The notes beneath the pieces are model-generated. The model was not told the origin of the DNA. It saw only the letters and a list, made by a program, of their open reading frames with translations, and did no database searches. Both the position numbers and the translations under genes were made by a program. Shown here in pieces: positions 28,949 through 43,900 of a stretch of DNA of 64,000 nt. Position 1 is the first letter of the stretch. Every line of letters starts with the position of its first letter. The stretch is taken from NCBI RefSeq assembly GCF_009914755.1, contig NC_060934.1; one strand, 5' to 3'. The DNA comes from the human T2T-CHM13v2.0 reference genome, Homo sapiens.

Positions 28949-31839
28949 TAAACATTTCACAATCTATAAGAAGGCAAGGTAAGAAGCTTACAGTTTGGTA
29001 GAAAGAGATAAACGTGAGGTAGAATGGAAGGTTGGATATGTTCTAAGAGAAATGGGTGGGCCCTCAGGAGAGAGGTTGATTCTATCTTGGGCCGGAGGAT
29101 GCAAACTCAGTATATTTCATGTAAAAAGTTGGGATGAGAATCAAACCAGGTGATTCTACAAACATCACGCCTTACTCCAACATGAAAGCTTTCAAGTAAT
29201 GATATCTTTAGCAGAGATACAAATATGTTTTTATTTTCCTAAAGTTGAAAGTGTATTTGGAATAAGTCAGGGGATGATGGCACTGAGAACCCTTTCTTCC
29301 AAAAAAAATTGTTATTTTATGCAGATGCGACTGCATCAGCTAGACCTTCTTACTGTCTGCACAATGCTCACCTTTCTAAGTTAGATGCTGCAGGTGAGCT
29401 GATGATACTTTCCCTCCTTTCTTTTGAAGATGAAAATGACAGCTGTACCTAACACAAGGCTTTGCCATCTGTATGCATTAGACAAGCCAATTTAACTTTT
29501 AGGATAATAGGACTTTCCAAGCCTTCAAAGCTAAAGGCAAAGGAAAAAAATAAAGGGCAGCTTAGGCTTACTCAGATTCTGGAAGTGATTTTTCTCTCTT
29601 CTGTAAATTGAGATAATGGAGACTATCAATACCGCCGTATTTACTCCATAAGATCCTGTTCAGTAACTGTATTTGAATACATATTACAACAAAGGAATAA
29701 TAAAAGGTAAAGTGGGATGATGTATCCATGTTGGAGCTTGAGAGAACACACACATTGGTGCAGATGGGGTCCTGTGGGGAGCGCTTGTGAATGTCAGAAC
29801 ACATCAGGGGCATCAGAAGGAGTCAGCGATTTCAACATGTTGCGAATCTGGGACGTCGTTCTGTGTTTCCTATAGAAAGGCACAAGCAGAATCAATCAAA
29901 TTGGGTTTTAATTAGAACACGAGTCAATCAGGAGACTAAATTCCAAGGCTAATTCTAACACTGTCCAAAAACCAAAACAACAACAAAAAAAAGAGCTCAA
30001 TTAGACATTGTCTTCTCATTCCCAGCTAAAATGGAAGCATCTGCCTAATTAGAAAAAGACATCATTCATCCAACACAAATTAGGAGGCTCTTCCATGAAG
30101 GTTGCATGCAAAATTATATGAGGATGGGTAAGAATTTCTATAACTCCCAAGAACATGTTTACAGAATTGCACAGCCTTTGATGAAATTCTCACTGCATCC
30201 TGCTCTCAGGGTTGCGTGAAGGGAGTTATCCTTATCTTTAAATGAACAAATGCCAAGAATATCCTACCCAATAGCCTCTCTCAGCAGAGCAAGAAAAACA
30301 TGTAAGTTTTTTTTTTTTTTTGACTGAATGCACATTTAGCTTCCCTTTTTCTGTGCTGATTATATTTTCCAAACTCATTTCTATTGAATTGGCCTAGCTG
30401 AAAATTTAATTGGCTTCATTTAAGACAAAAATAGGTTTTATAAAAGCTGTACTGATTTTTTAATGCAAAATAGAAAAATAAAATAATGCAAGTGTATTAT
30501 TTATTCAAGGGCGCCAATCTCACCCCACATTCCCACGTGAGTGATTCAATCCAGACACCACACAAGTCATCTTAAGATGCCCAGAAAATTATTATACTTG
30601 TGAACATATAAAGCAACTTATCAATTGATTGAGAGGGAGTAAAAATTACCCATATTACAACTCTGCATTTTAATATAGAGAAAGTAAGTCCATTCAGTCA
30701 CACACTTAGTGAGAGCTCCTCACCAAAGAACACCTATTAAGAATCCACCTGCACATATGGCTCTATAGAGCACAAAACAAAGCTCACCTGTTTCTGAGGA
30801 AACCGAAATGTCAGTGCCTGCAAATAATATACTGTGCAAAGATCATATTTTGTTCATGTGGAATTCAGTTTTCATGTACAGAGTAAATTTTTAATGAAAT
30901 ATTTTTCTTCTCTCTACACAAATATCATTCCCAGAATATTCTTCAGAGACAAAAAGACATATAATCTTCAAACTCAAATCCTTTTTTTTCTAGTTCAAGT
31001 TGCACTCAGATTAAGATCTAGGGGTTTTATATATTAATAAACTGACTGTGTATCTAACAATGACTCTAGTTACCTGTGGCAGCTTGGTTAATGCTTTAGT
31101 ACTTCTTCATTAGGAAAGATTTTTTCTGATTTGGGAGCAAGTCAGGGAGTCAGTGTGAAACACAGCTCCAACCTAGAGAAAGACCCACCCGCTAAGAGGT
31201 CATGGAGATGACTCAAGTCTCAGTACCAAGGAAAAGGATTAAAATGGTCCACCCATGAAAATCTCTTCCATCCCTTCCTCAATCTCCTGCAGAGAATGCA
31301 GCCTCAAGCCCTTGAGATACTGAGAGGGAAAAATATTCTCTCTCCAATATTTCTGTGAAAGACTGTTGTAAGGCAAGAAGAAATCACCTGCTCCTGTGGG
31401 AATTCATGGCAAAGAATTCAGTATACACCAAATTATCCATGTGCACTGCAAAAAAGAAGTGGAGAAAAATGTACATCCCTTTGCTCCTGGTCTCCAAGCC
31501 CCTTTCTTGCTCCAAATACATCTCCTTTCTTGACCTCTAAAACTTGCCTTAAGTACTCAGCCCCAGTTTGGTCTATATCAACCTGTCCATCCAACTATCT
31601 TTACCTCTTCTGAAAGATGCCTCAACAGATTCCTCACCTCTTTCATTGCCAATATTTCCAACGTTTGCTCCTTTGATTAAAATACTCTAAGGCCTGTGTT
31701 CTCTCAGTTCTTTGTTTTGTTGAATACATCACGCATCCATACAGAACTGAATAGGGTTGAGGTATTAATGGAGCCCATCACAGCTAACTCCTATGTGCAG
31801 CTCCCTTGCAGCCTCCACTCCCGCTCAGTAGCACAGCTC

Positions 31840-31993
31840 TCATGCTGTGCTTTGCCTGGGAACAGACATTGTTAGGACAGACAGAGGCGTCCCACAGGCA
31901 GTCCATCCAGGGCCCAGGTTTGTGCCAGGTGTAGCACTGGCCAACCGGGTCAGTAGTAAATTGCTAACCAAAGTGGCTTTCTTGGGATTCAAA
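31840..31993 (-). other. Candidate exon start (acceptor at 31993)
   Basis: Branch-like ctgac followed by cgttctctgtatgcccag|TTTG; GC-richer unique sequence follows. Confidence 0.25.
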
Positions 31994-33570
31994 CTGGGCA
32001 TACAGAGAACGGTCAGTTTGTATCCAAGTAGAATAGAACAAAACAAGGAAATACATCATGACAAAGAGACTGCATTGATCCAAAGAGGGCAGAGAGAGTC
32101 GTCAGATCCTTGATCTATCTCCAAGTCCAAGGCTCCAATTCTAGTCGGCATCTATCTTGAGTGAGTCTGTTGGTTAAAACAGAAAATGCCTAAATAAGTA
32201 CTAAACCATCCATTTTCTCTCCAATTTTACCTCCTTCTCCTCTCCCCCCACACCCAAGGATCCCAACACCATTCTTCATGACTCTAGAATCTTCTGCCTC
32301 CCTCTACCCCTGCTCCTTCGGCAAATGCATCTCCCCCTACCCAACCACAGAGACAGCTAAGGCAATAGTCCTATACCATCTGTTGAATGCAGAAGAAACG
32401 TTCTAAAGTCACTTTAGTTAAAAAGCATTGGCTAGTGTGTAAGAACAGTTGGAAGAAAAATGTCTGAAATATAGAGGAGAAGCAAATTTTTGGAGACTAT
32501 ATCCAGGAAGAAAGCAGAGACCAGAACAAGTGAACATGTGTTAGCATCATCAGTTTCAGAAAGCAGTTTAAGCAAAAGACAAAGACTGGGGGTAAGAACA
32601 AACAATTAAAATATGGTTCAAAGCTGTCTTTGGAGGCCCGTGGAAAATGGGAATGAGAATCCAAGCAGCCTTTTTGGAAATGTGATATGTAAGTGAAGAT
32701 GGCTTTAAATGATGACAATTTTCACCTCACTGAGGGTAACTGGCAGATTTTTTTTCCTCTGGCAAACTTCATTTTTATGTTTATTCCTGGTTCCTGACAT
32801 CTGATTAAGAGCAATGAAATCAACCCATCTTAGATCACGTTTAAGTAGCACTTAGCATTATGCTAGTCTGCAATTGGGGACGGGGACCGTGTTTACCACA
32901 CCAGTGACAGAAATCCAGCTTGCTTTGCCATACCATTGCAGTGTAGTCCATTTTGTAAAGGATAGAGCCAGTAATTAACTCAAAGGGGGAACGAAACTTG
33001 TGTTTTATAGTAAAATAAATGCCTTTTAATCTTTTTAAGCCAAAAAGACTCATTCCCAAAAACCATTTAATTTGATTTCAACTCTGAAAAATCATCCCAT
33101 AATCACCGCATTTTCTCCTTGCCCCTGGAAGATGGTACTTTTAGCTAAAAGCCAAAGTAGGCACTTTGATTCCTCAACCCAAGTCCTTATACCCTGTGTT
33201 TCAGCCAGCACACAGTCCATGCACCATGCTCTGAGGGTGTCTCTTCATCGCTTTCCCTGCCACAGTATATGTCATCATCAGCAAAATTCCTGGACACCAG
33301 GAAGATCCCACAGATTAAAATTTTATTCTCTGTAGAATGCAAGTATTTGAATTAAAGGGAACCACACAAAGTGGGTTTGGCGTTAAAATCATCATGAAGG
33401 AGAAAAACATCTCCTGATGTTTATTTTGCGGTAGAAAATGGTCCTCAAAAATCAAACAACAGAAACTTCTTGATGAAGCACGAACTAAAAAAAGATATCA
33501 TTGGCTCCACTCTAGTTTTTTAATAGTCTCAGATTTCTCAGGGCAAAATTAATTTTAATTTGTGCATGCA

Positions 33571-33591
33571 TGTGTGTGTGTGTGTGTGTGT
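33571..33591. repeat. (TG)n
   Basis: About 10 TG units. Confidence 0.9.
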
Positions 33592-33786
33592 ACATCTATA
33601 GGTTTCAAAAAGCACCTACAGAAAAAGAGATCCATGAAGCCAAATAATATTAGACACAAAATAATTGGAAATACTGGACTAGACAATGTGCACAAAATTT
33701 TCCTTTACTTTTTAAACAAAATGCCACTCTATCCACATAATACCCACTTCTCATCTTTCTCCAGTTCTCACACAACCACCTCATGC

Positions 33787-33980
33787 TTAGCAGAGTACAG
33801 CGCCAATATGAACTAGAGAAAAACCAGATATGGACCATTTATCCTGGGTCTCTTTGAAGATGTCCGAAAGCCACGGGACTGGAGGGGAAGTGCCTGGCCA
33901 AGAGGAACAGGTCTTCTCAGGCTCGGACATCAGGTCGCAGTGGGTGGCCCTGCTGCCTTCCTGGCCACTTGACAATCCCT
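33787..33980 (-). other. Candidate exon (acceptor at 33980)
   Basis: ataactctatttcag|AGGG; GC-rich, CpG-retaining unique island; one frame open to the stop at 33787. Confidence 0.3.
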
Positions 33981-34560
33981 CTGAAATAGAGTTATCCTGG
34001 AGAGTGACAAATTACCAACCCTGGAGGCTATGGCCCAGTGCTGCCAGGGCCAGAACCATGCAAAGGGAAGGAAAGCCACAGCACCTAATCCATGACCCAG
34101 AGAAAGCCCTTCAGGGAAATGGAGCTGCCAAATTTCAATTGGGTCAATATTTGGTCTTTGTTTTCAAAGTTGCCCTCAAGCTACAACTGTTTTCCTTTTC
34201 TGTGGGCTTTGGTGGAATAAGAAGCATGTCTATTTCCTGCAAAGGGGCTTAAAATGAGAGGCAGTTTCCGATCATCTCAGTTAATGTCAGTTGAATAAAT
34301 ATTTCTCTGGTAAGAAACTTCTGTCTTCCCATTTGTACCATGAGTTGTATTCATCACTTTAGGATGTCATCTCTTCTAAGGAATACAGTAGCTGTTCTTG
34401 GCCCTAATTACCAGGTGGAAACAGAAGATGTTAGTAAGAGTATGTTGTCCTTCTCAGAACTCATGTTTCTGAGTTTCTTAAGTATGAAATGTTCTGATAC
34501 CTGATACATTATAATGACGATTTATAAGGAGATCCGAATCTGGCCCCTGGATACAGGTAA

Positions 34561-35319
34561 TGAGACGAGAGAGTTACCTGGCCCCCCTCACAGGGTGACA
34601 GGGGTCCAGCTCTCTGTTCAACTGCCAGGAGCCCAAACCCCTTGTGAGAGGGGGAGTGCAGGAGCTGGGGTGAGCACTTTGGGATCCACCCCTACAGTAG
34701 TGTCTAGGGGTGGGTGCCTGCAACCCCAGTGTTACAATGCTCTTTTAGCTCTGCCATCCACAGATGACTTAAATGTTAACCAGCTCAGTGCCCCCTCTGC
34801 CTTTCTGCAAAGGCAGAGGGCCAGTGTGACAGCTTTCTTTATCCCAAGATTTTGTCCAGCATCCCAGAAGAATCGGGTCACACACAGACTTGAAGGATGA
34901 ATGCGGGGTTTTATTGAGTGGTGGAAGTGGCTCTCAATGGGATAGATGGGGAGCTGGAAGGGAGGATGGAGTGGGAAGATGATCTTCCTCTGGAGCTTGG
35001 CTGTCCCTTTGTCAAACTCCTCTCCAACCACCACTAGCCAAACTCCTCTCTGCATTTAGGAGTTCCTTCTCTTCTCTCTTTGTCTGCCACACTGTTTGTC
35101 CGCTTGTTTCCTTGTCTGCTCATCAGCTTCTGGAGCCTGGGATTCAGGGTTATATGGGTACAGGATGGGGGCACGGCAGGCCAAAAGGCAACTTTTTGGG
35201 TGTGAAAACAGGAATGCCTGTCCCCATTTAGGGCTGTAGGCCTCCAGGCTTGAGGGTGGGGCCTTTGCCAGGGAACCATCCTCTTCTATCCGGTATTTTT
35301 CTGTCTCCTCTCCATGTCA
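34561..35319 (-). mobile_element. Intact ERV1 solo LTR (LTR27/LTR28/MER52 group)
   Basis: TG...CA termini, perfect 4-bp TSD GTAA (34557-34560 / 35320-35323), TATA-like catataacc (~35148-35156) and AATAAA (~34910) on the minus strand. Confidence 0.9.
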
Positions 35320-37438
35320 GTAACATGTACAAAATTAGGTGACTTTATCAGCTATTTTCATCAAAGAAGAACAGCTCTCCCAGTGGTCTTTCCTCCCTGG
35401 TCTGGTTATCTGGCAATTGACTTACAAACACTCCCAGCATTAACTTCCTGCCTTCAACATATAAGACAAAGCAAGCCTGTCTCTTCTAATTCTCACGATG
35501 AAAATGTCTGTTTAAAAAATGTCTTTCAAAATACCCACATAAAGAATCTTCCCACTTAGACCCTAATATGTTAAAAAACAAAAAATCAAATCTTTGCAGT
35601 GAATGTTAACCTGGGCTTAGCTATGTGAATCACTGAGGCATGACATCATACATTATTCATCCATTTAATGCAACTTGGGAAGGGCCTAAGCGACATAAAG
35701 ACAGATTGTTAGTGTTGTTTAGAAGAAAAAAGTGATACACTACCTAAATATTTAGGACATAAATACTTTACAAAATCGTCCTTTGTAACTTAATTTCTGT
35801 CCTGATTTTACCAGGTAAACTTGATTCACTAAGTACAGAGTAGCCCCCTAGTTCCTTCCACTACAATGGGTACACAGGTCTAGAGAGAATTAAGTATTTT
35901 GTAGTTTTCAAGTTTTATACATTTTGCCAAATGGATCACTGAAAAAACCTAATTTATGCCATTTCACAAAAAGCTAACAGGCTTTCTATATCCAATATAG
36001 ATTGATTTGTAGTTTTATAAACATGCATTGTATGGCAAAATAATACTACTTTTTTTTCTTCTTGATTTTAATAGATCCACATTTTTTTAAACCCTTGGGA
36101 ATGTATTATATATTGGGCTTTTGAGAATTAGATTATCAGATTAATTTTTTTATAAATATGAAGGACCTACCACCTTATCACCTTACCACTAAGCACTAAG
36201 TGAGAATAAAAGAAGAAATGCTATAGGCTTGGCATACTAGAGTTTCCATACTGCAAATGGCTAAGAACTAACCCTTCACTTTTCCAAAGCCCAGTTGGCT
36301 AAGCTGGGGTTCTGTAAGGAAAGGAAATTTTAAAAGTCATAGAATGTGGGCACTGCCAGGGAGAATATTTGACCATCTACTATTTCATGCACTATACCTG
36401 AACTAAAAAGAGAAGAAGAGAGGGAAAAAAAAGATAAATCAACACCTTTGAATGAAATGAGCCACTTTCAATATGTCAGACAAACATAATGCATTTTGTT
36501 CACACCTTTCCTTGTAACAGGTTTCTTTCAAATGCAAGGTATATTTTTACACTAGCAATTCTTTTAAGATCAGCAAATGCTGAGTTAAAAAAATATCTGC
36601 AAAGTGCCTAATTCACATATGGACATTTTAGGAGGGGATGGAGCTGGTTAGACCCAGAAGATATTCAGCATTTTCTAAATGCCTACCAGTTCATCACTTT
36701 CCTCAGGAGGAAAGGTAAAAGCTGGCTTGCATTTTCCCTCGCTGTAAACATCGGTGTATTCATTTTCTGATCATAAAATAATAATGATTTATAATAGCAG
36801 CCCCTCTTGGTCTAAAATCTATTGGCTAGAATCATGTTACTAATGGAATTTAAGCTGTTTTCACTTATTAATCATGGTAATACTCAGGTTCGGCTCTGGG
36901 CAAAATTGTTAAATAGGCAAAACTGATCTTTGGTGCCTTACTTCTCAGTACAAATTTCCCCTCATGGGGAAATCTAGACCTAGACCCCTACTTACTGAGG
37001 TGTTTATAGCTAATACAGCAAAAGATTCAGTATTAACTCTTCCAGGGGTATTTGCACATTAATAAGGGATTCTTAACATCCCAGGAAAAGAAATGTGATT
37101 CTCTGATTTTGAGATGCCTGGTCCTGATGGCCATCTAGAGTGGCGTGAGGGCCACGAGAACTCTGCATAGTACCCTTCACTGTCTTCCATGTGCATCTCC
37201 ACCAACTCTGCCAAAGTGGAAGCTGACTCTTGGAAAATCAGGAAACCACTAAATGTTAAGCATAAAAGTATCTACTAGTTATAAGTATATATTAAAATAA
37301 GCACTTCAATTTAACGTAGAATTGCAATCTGCAATCCATGATGTAGAATTTCTGTTTCCTGTGCTTTTTCAAAGTACAGAGAGCAAGATAAGTTACATTT
37401 TGTTTTTTGTTTACCTAAAGGAAATTTCCATGAACTAA

Positions 37439-37802
<364 letters not shown>

Positions 37803-38131
37803 TTTTTTAATTTTTCTTTTTTTCTTTTTTTCTTTTTTTTTTTTGAGACAAGGTCTTATTCTATTGACCAGGCTGGAGTACTATGGCGCCATCATGGCTC
37901 ACTGCAGCCTTGACCTCCCAGGCTCAGGCAATCCTCCCACCTCAGCCTCCTGAGTGGCTGGGACTTCAGATACATGCCACCATGCCTGAGTAAATTTTTT
38001 TTATTATTTTTTGTAGAGATGGAGTCTTGCTATGTTGCCCAGGATGCTCTTGAACTCCTGGGCTCAAGCAGTCTTCCCACCTTGGCCTCTCAAAGTGCTG
38101 GGATTACAGGTGTGTGCCACCAAGCCTGGCC
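37803..38131 (-). mobile_element. AluJ
   Basis: gctcactgcagccttgacc, ctgggctcaagc. Confidence 0.9.
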
Positions 38132-39341
38132 TGTATCTTATTGATGAGAAAGAACAACAGAATTTCCATGGACCTCATTGCCATAGCAACACTCTGTTTT
38201 CAGAATCATTCTTGGGGAAAGAGGAGAGCAGAATGGAATGAATTTTGGACAAAGAACCAAAGTTCAACTCGTGAACTTGCCATTGTGAGACCCTGAGCAA
38301 ATCACATCTTCCTGAGCTGCAGATTCTTATCTATTTTGAGAACTAGTCATCAAAAATCCCTGCCGGCATAAAAAACATCTCGAATTTAAGAACACAGTAA
38401 TACGCAAACATGAATAATGGTCCAACCGAAGCCCCAACTAGGAGTGATAAAGTATCATTTTAAATATTTGAATTACTAGAAATAATGAATGCCATTCTTA
38501 TTTCCTCTTCCACATCCATTTTCACACTTGCACCTATTACAGCCATCCAATTATGATTCATTAAGAAGGAAGAAATCTTTCTTCCTGATTTAGTGAAAGC
38601 CCCATTTTTAATGTAATTCGGGTCAAAGTTGACTTTTCTGTCTTGGGTAAAATTACATAACTAACTCCAGAAATAGGATTACAAAACTGGTAAGATAATA
38701 GCATTTCCAATAACTAATGAGTCTGGTTGCCTGGTCTACGCAGTTGATGTTTCATACAGATCTGTATTTATCCTATAGTCAATCACAGGCCAAAATGAGA
38801 GAAGTAGCTGAATGCCAGTTTTGGCTTGTGCAATCATTATAAAGGGAAAGCCCTGTCGATTGCCCTGCTTCACCGTATTTTGAGAAATTGAATTTTCCCT
38901 ACTTCTTCTCAGGCAGGAACCAAAAACAGGAGAAGGTCTAAATATGGTTAACAGAACTTTCTTCCAGACGATTTCCTGAAGCTGAATGAGGATCATGGGC
39001 TGGATCGGTGCCTTTATTTTCATTTAATGTCGTTGTCAGATGAACACTTTTTAATAATAGACTACTCTTGGAGTCTCTGATTTAAGTAGTGACTATTGAT
39101 TGACTAGTTAGAACTTCCGTGCTTTATGAATTGTTCTCTAGAGGTGATGCAATGAAGAAATCAATGCTCTTATTTGCGTTTATAGTCAGTCTACAGAGTG
39201 AATTGGATTTTCAAACAGCAGAGACAAAGGGGTATTTTAGAATGTCATTAGCTAAGGGATAAAATTAAAGAGGGCTAATCATGTCAAGGCAAATATTGCT
39301 AAAGATATTGCTAAGCACTCCGAAATCAGTGATTCATATGA

Positions 39342-39667
<326 letters not shown>

Positions 39668-39693
39668 TGGCTTTCTTTAAAATAGACATTGTT

Positions 39694-40030
<337 letters not shown>

Positions 40031-40049
40031 CTACCTAATACATGCAAAG

Positions 40050-40275
40050 CCATCTGATGGGCTTGGAGTCAGGGTTCCTTCTGGCTGCGTGGCCTTTAGC
40101 AGGGCACTTAGTTTGAATCTGAATCTGAGTTCCTTTTCCCATAAAATGGGCTAATAATAGTTCTTCCTCCTAGGGTTGTAAGAAAGAATAAATGAGACAA
40201 CACTTGATATGGTGTCTGGCTTATGAAAAGCAAATGATAAGCATCATTTTACTCATATTATTGCTATTATTATCA
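40050..40275 (+). mobile_element. MIR
   Basis: 'gggcttggagtcag...ataaaatgggctaataatag...cctagggttgtaag...aatgagac'. Confidence 0.7.
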
Positions 40276-41264
40276 CCAGTTCATATTGAGTAGAGCCTCA
40301 GTTAAGTGTTGATGGAGTAAACTTTGGAACAAGTTTTCAGAAGTCTGTCACTCCTTGGCCTGCCCCATGTCACATCCTCACTCCCGCTATTTTAGCTTCA
40401 AGTGTCCTAGAACCTAGCAGTCCAAACCAAGACCTGTGACTCTGCCATTCGGACCTTTGCCTTTGGGTGTTAGTTAACTGAGTACGCTCCTGTACCGACA
40501 AGATGCAGCCTCCTGAGCCCTTTTCCATCCCCATCCCGTATAACTAACACTTCTCAGCTGGCCTCATTTCTGTAACCATTGACCCCCCACGTGTAAACTT
40601 TACTGTGATGGGACTCCTTTTGTGCTTATTATCCTAACTGTGCTCAGCCTGAAGCCTCTGTAGGCTCACTACTTTGCCTGCACTGGCTAAGACCTGGGAC
40701 CCTCTTCCATATTTGGCCATCCAGCTCACGTTCCTTTCTTCTGTTCCTCCAACAAGGCCAATGACAACTCTTTGCAGTTCTTCAACATTTTCAACCCTGG
40801 AAATATTTATCTGTACTTCATTATTCAGATTAGAACCACATCAACACTCTGAACCACTCTGGTTTCTATAAGTCCCAAGTCACGGAACTCCTGTGCCTTC
40901 CTGTCCTCCCATTCACTTCACTCTTAAAGGGACACTAGAGTCGTTCTTTACTGATGAACACTAGTGCCCAGGTTCTTCCTCTTTTCTTCCAGACCAACTG
41001 TCCCTCCTAACCTCGCTTCCCGGCATCTCGTTTCCCCACCTCCCTTGTGTCAATGAATTGTTTTATAGAATCGTCCACTCCCTCATTCACTCGCCTTTCT
41101 GTCTACTCATGTTCTGCATTCCTAACCCTAGGTAGGCCCCGTAAACTGCTCTTTCTTAACTGCTGACTGCTATTGGAGATCAGAGGAATCTTCTGTGTGA
41201 TTCATTGAAAATGCATATAATTACCGTTTATTTGCTACTGTTGCTTTGCTTGGCAATTCGTTTT

Positions 41265-41766
41265 TACTTTCTTTAAAATTTTACTTTAAATTCTGGGATA
41301 TATGTGCAGAATGTGCAGGTTTGTTACATAGGTATACATGTGTCGTGGTGGTTTGCTGCACCTATCAACCCGTCATCTAGGTTTCAAGCCCCGCATGCAT
41401 TAGGTATTTGTCCTAATGCTCTCCTTCCCCTTGCCCCCCACCCTCTGACAAGCCCCAGTGTGTGATGTTCCCTTCCCTGTGTCCATGTGTTCTCATCGTT
41501 CAACTCCGAGAACATGCGGTGTTTGGTTTTCTGTCCCTGTGTTAGTTTGCTGAGAATGGGTTTCCAGCTTCATCCATGTCCCTGCAAAGGGCATAAACTC
41601 GTTCTTTTTTATGGCTGCATAGTATTCCATGGTATATACATGCCACATTTTCTTTATCCAGTCTATCATTGATATGCATTTGGGTTGGTTCCAAGTCTTT
41701 GTAAATAGTGCTGCAGTAAACATACATGTGCATGTGTCTTTATAGAGGAATGATTTATAATCCTTT
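41265..41766 (-). mobile_element. L1PA (about PA8-10) 3' end, 5'-truncated
   Basis: 'ttctgggatatatgtgcagaatgtgcaggtttgttacatagg'; TSD tttttacttt. Confidence 0.92.
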
Positions 41767-41871
41767 TTACTTTTTATAACCTTTCCCAAAGTCACTATTC
41801 AAGTCCCTTTTCTTGGCCTCAAGCCATGGCCCTGGTCCTAACTTTCTTAGAAATGCTTAGGCCTACACTTT

Positions 41872-41926
41872 ACACACACACACACACACACATGCACGCA
41901 CACACACATATGCACACACACACACA
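41872..41926. repeat. (CA)n imperfect microsatellite
   Basis: Direct. Confidence 0.9.
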
Positions 41927-42445
41927 ATTGTGTCCCCTCCATCCCGTATCCTCTCTCCTCTACCCACATTTTCTTCAATACTTATAATTTCAAAAGAAGT
42001 ATCTCTTCTCTTTATAGAACTAATCCCAATTCTCATATCCCTAACCAATCTTTTCTGCTTTTTTTTTACTTCTACCTAAACTCATTCTTTTCTTTCCTTT
42101 TTCTATAATTTATTTCTCTTGCCTGAATCCATTTCCCCACTATCCACAAAACGTTCTCAAATCTGCCCATTCATTGATTTTAAAAACTTGTATTTCTTAA
42201 GGGGAAGGAAAAATGAAGGGAGAAGAAAGAATATAATGTATTTATTACCACTGAACTGTACACTTAAAATGACAAAGATAGTAAATTATATACATATATT
42301 TTATCTCAATAAAAATAAAATCTGTATGTCTTCATTTCACTACTTTATTTATCTACCATCATTCCCTACAAAATTTTTGAAAGACTAATTTCTGTCTGCC
42401 AATCACTCATTCCTCTGCTCTTTCTAAACTGACTATACCTACAAC

Positions 42446-43215
42446 TGTTACTGAACTGAACATAGATCCACCTGCCCAAAGCACCAAAGCCAAACACTGA
42501 CTTTGGGATTGCAGAGAGACAAGGTGAGGCATTGATTGCAGGGCCCCAGGAAGGGAGAATCAGGCAACTCATGCTCCAGACCCAAATTCCCTGATTGCTC
42601 ACAGGTAAGGGTTTGTAAAGGCGGAGAGGCAGAAGTTACAGCCAAAGTCGTAAGTTCATACATGGAGGTTGCACGTTGGTTTGACTTAAAAAGGTAAGAC
42701 ATCTCAAAAACAGGTTCACAGGTTATGGGAGACGCAAAGGCAGAAAATTTCCGACTTGTGATTGGTTAAAGAGATGAAGCTTTGTCTGAATATTTGGGGT
42801 CAGCAGAAAAAAAAAAGTTCTCTCTGGTTGGTGGGCATGACATCCTCCAGGCCCCTCAGGAAAAATTTAGAAAAACAAAACCGGTGGTCAGAGTTCAAGT
42901 CCTCAGTCTCCACTTATCTGAGGTCTATGTACCAGCAGATCCATTTAGTGAGGTTTTAGGGTTCTGAAAAACAACTTAGGAATGTATGCTAAGATGTGAT
43001 CTTTAGTTTCTCTGGAGAACAAAACATCTCCTGACTCTAACGTCCTTTGCTATTGTTTTCAGCTAGTATCACCCTCTTGCTTACCAAGTTGCCTATTTAT
43101 TTCTCAGGGCTAGCTAGGTGCCTGAAATTTTTCTTGAAGGAACTCAAGGTTTTCCTTAATTTCATGCCGGGGAAAGGGAATGTGGTCCCTTAAGAGAGGT
43201 CCCTGCTCCATCTTA
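42446..43215 (-). mobile_element. ERV1 solo LTR (MER31/MER67-like)
   Basis: 'tgttactgaac...aaagccaaacactgac...gtgaggcattgattgcagggc' start and 'gagaggtccctgctcc' end. Confidence 0.7.
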
Positions 43216-43606
43216 CATCCTCCCAAAAGCATCTCTTGACTCCGAGATAACCAATGACCCATGAGTACTCTAGTTTTCTAATTCCCGTCCCCTTTACTTC
43301 TCTGCATCATTATAAAACAGTTACCCCTCCTCCGTGAAACATGCTCCGTCCCTTCTTTTTTCTCTACATTCTTCTCTGGGCACATTTAATTTACTTTCAT
43401 TCTTTGGAAAGCTCCCAAAATTTTCATTTTGCTTATCTTATCTCTCTTATACTTCCCTTTTGGCCATTTTATCTACTTCCATGGCGTATATGAGGATAAT
43501 TACTAAATATATGTCTCAACCTCAAACCCAAGCTTCTGACCATAGGGTATATCCATGAGTGTTCCAAAGCCTTCTCATCCACAACATGTCAAACAGCTTT
43601 ATCCTT

Positions 43607-43900
43607 ACATCTATACATCTATCTACGTCTATCCTTTTATCCATCTATTCATCTATCTATTCGTCCATCCGTCCATCTATCCATCCATCTATCCAATCTA
43701 TGTATCCATCCATCTATCCATCTGTCTATTCATGCATCTATCAATCTATCCATCCATTTATCTATTCAATTATCTATGCTTCTATCCATCTGTCCTTTTC
43801 TCCATCTATCTATTCATCCATCTAACTATCCATCCATTTATCTGTCCATCCATCCATCCATCCATCCATTCATCTGTCTATCTATACATCCATCTATCTA
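43607..43900. repeat. (ATCC/ATCT/ATTC)n degenerate tetranucleotide repeat
   Basis: Direct; source of the IHPS-rich ORFs. Confidence 0.92.

Noticed and set aside
33830-34252. 140-aa plus-strand ORF
   Set aside because: No recognisable protein or promoter context; overlaps the better-supported minus-strand exon candidate
38900-39050. Plus-strand acceptor ttttccctacttcttctcag|GCAGG
   Set aside because: Good pyrimidine tract but no convincing donor or partner exons; cannot be supported without transcript data
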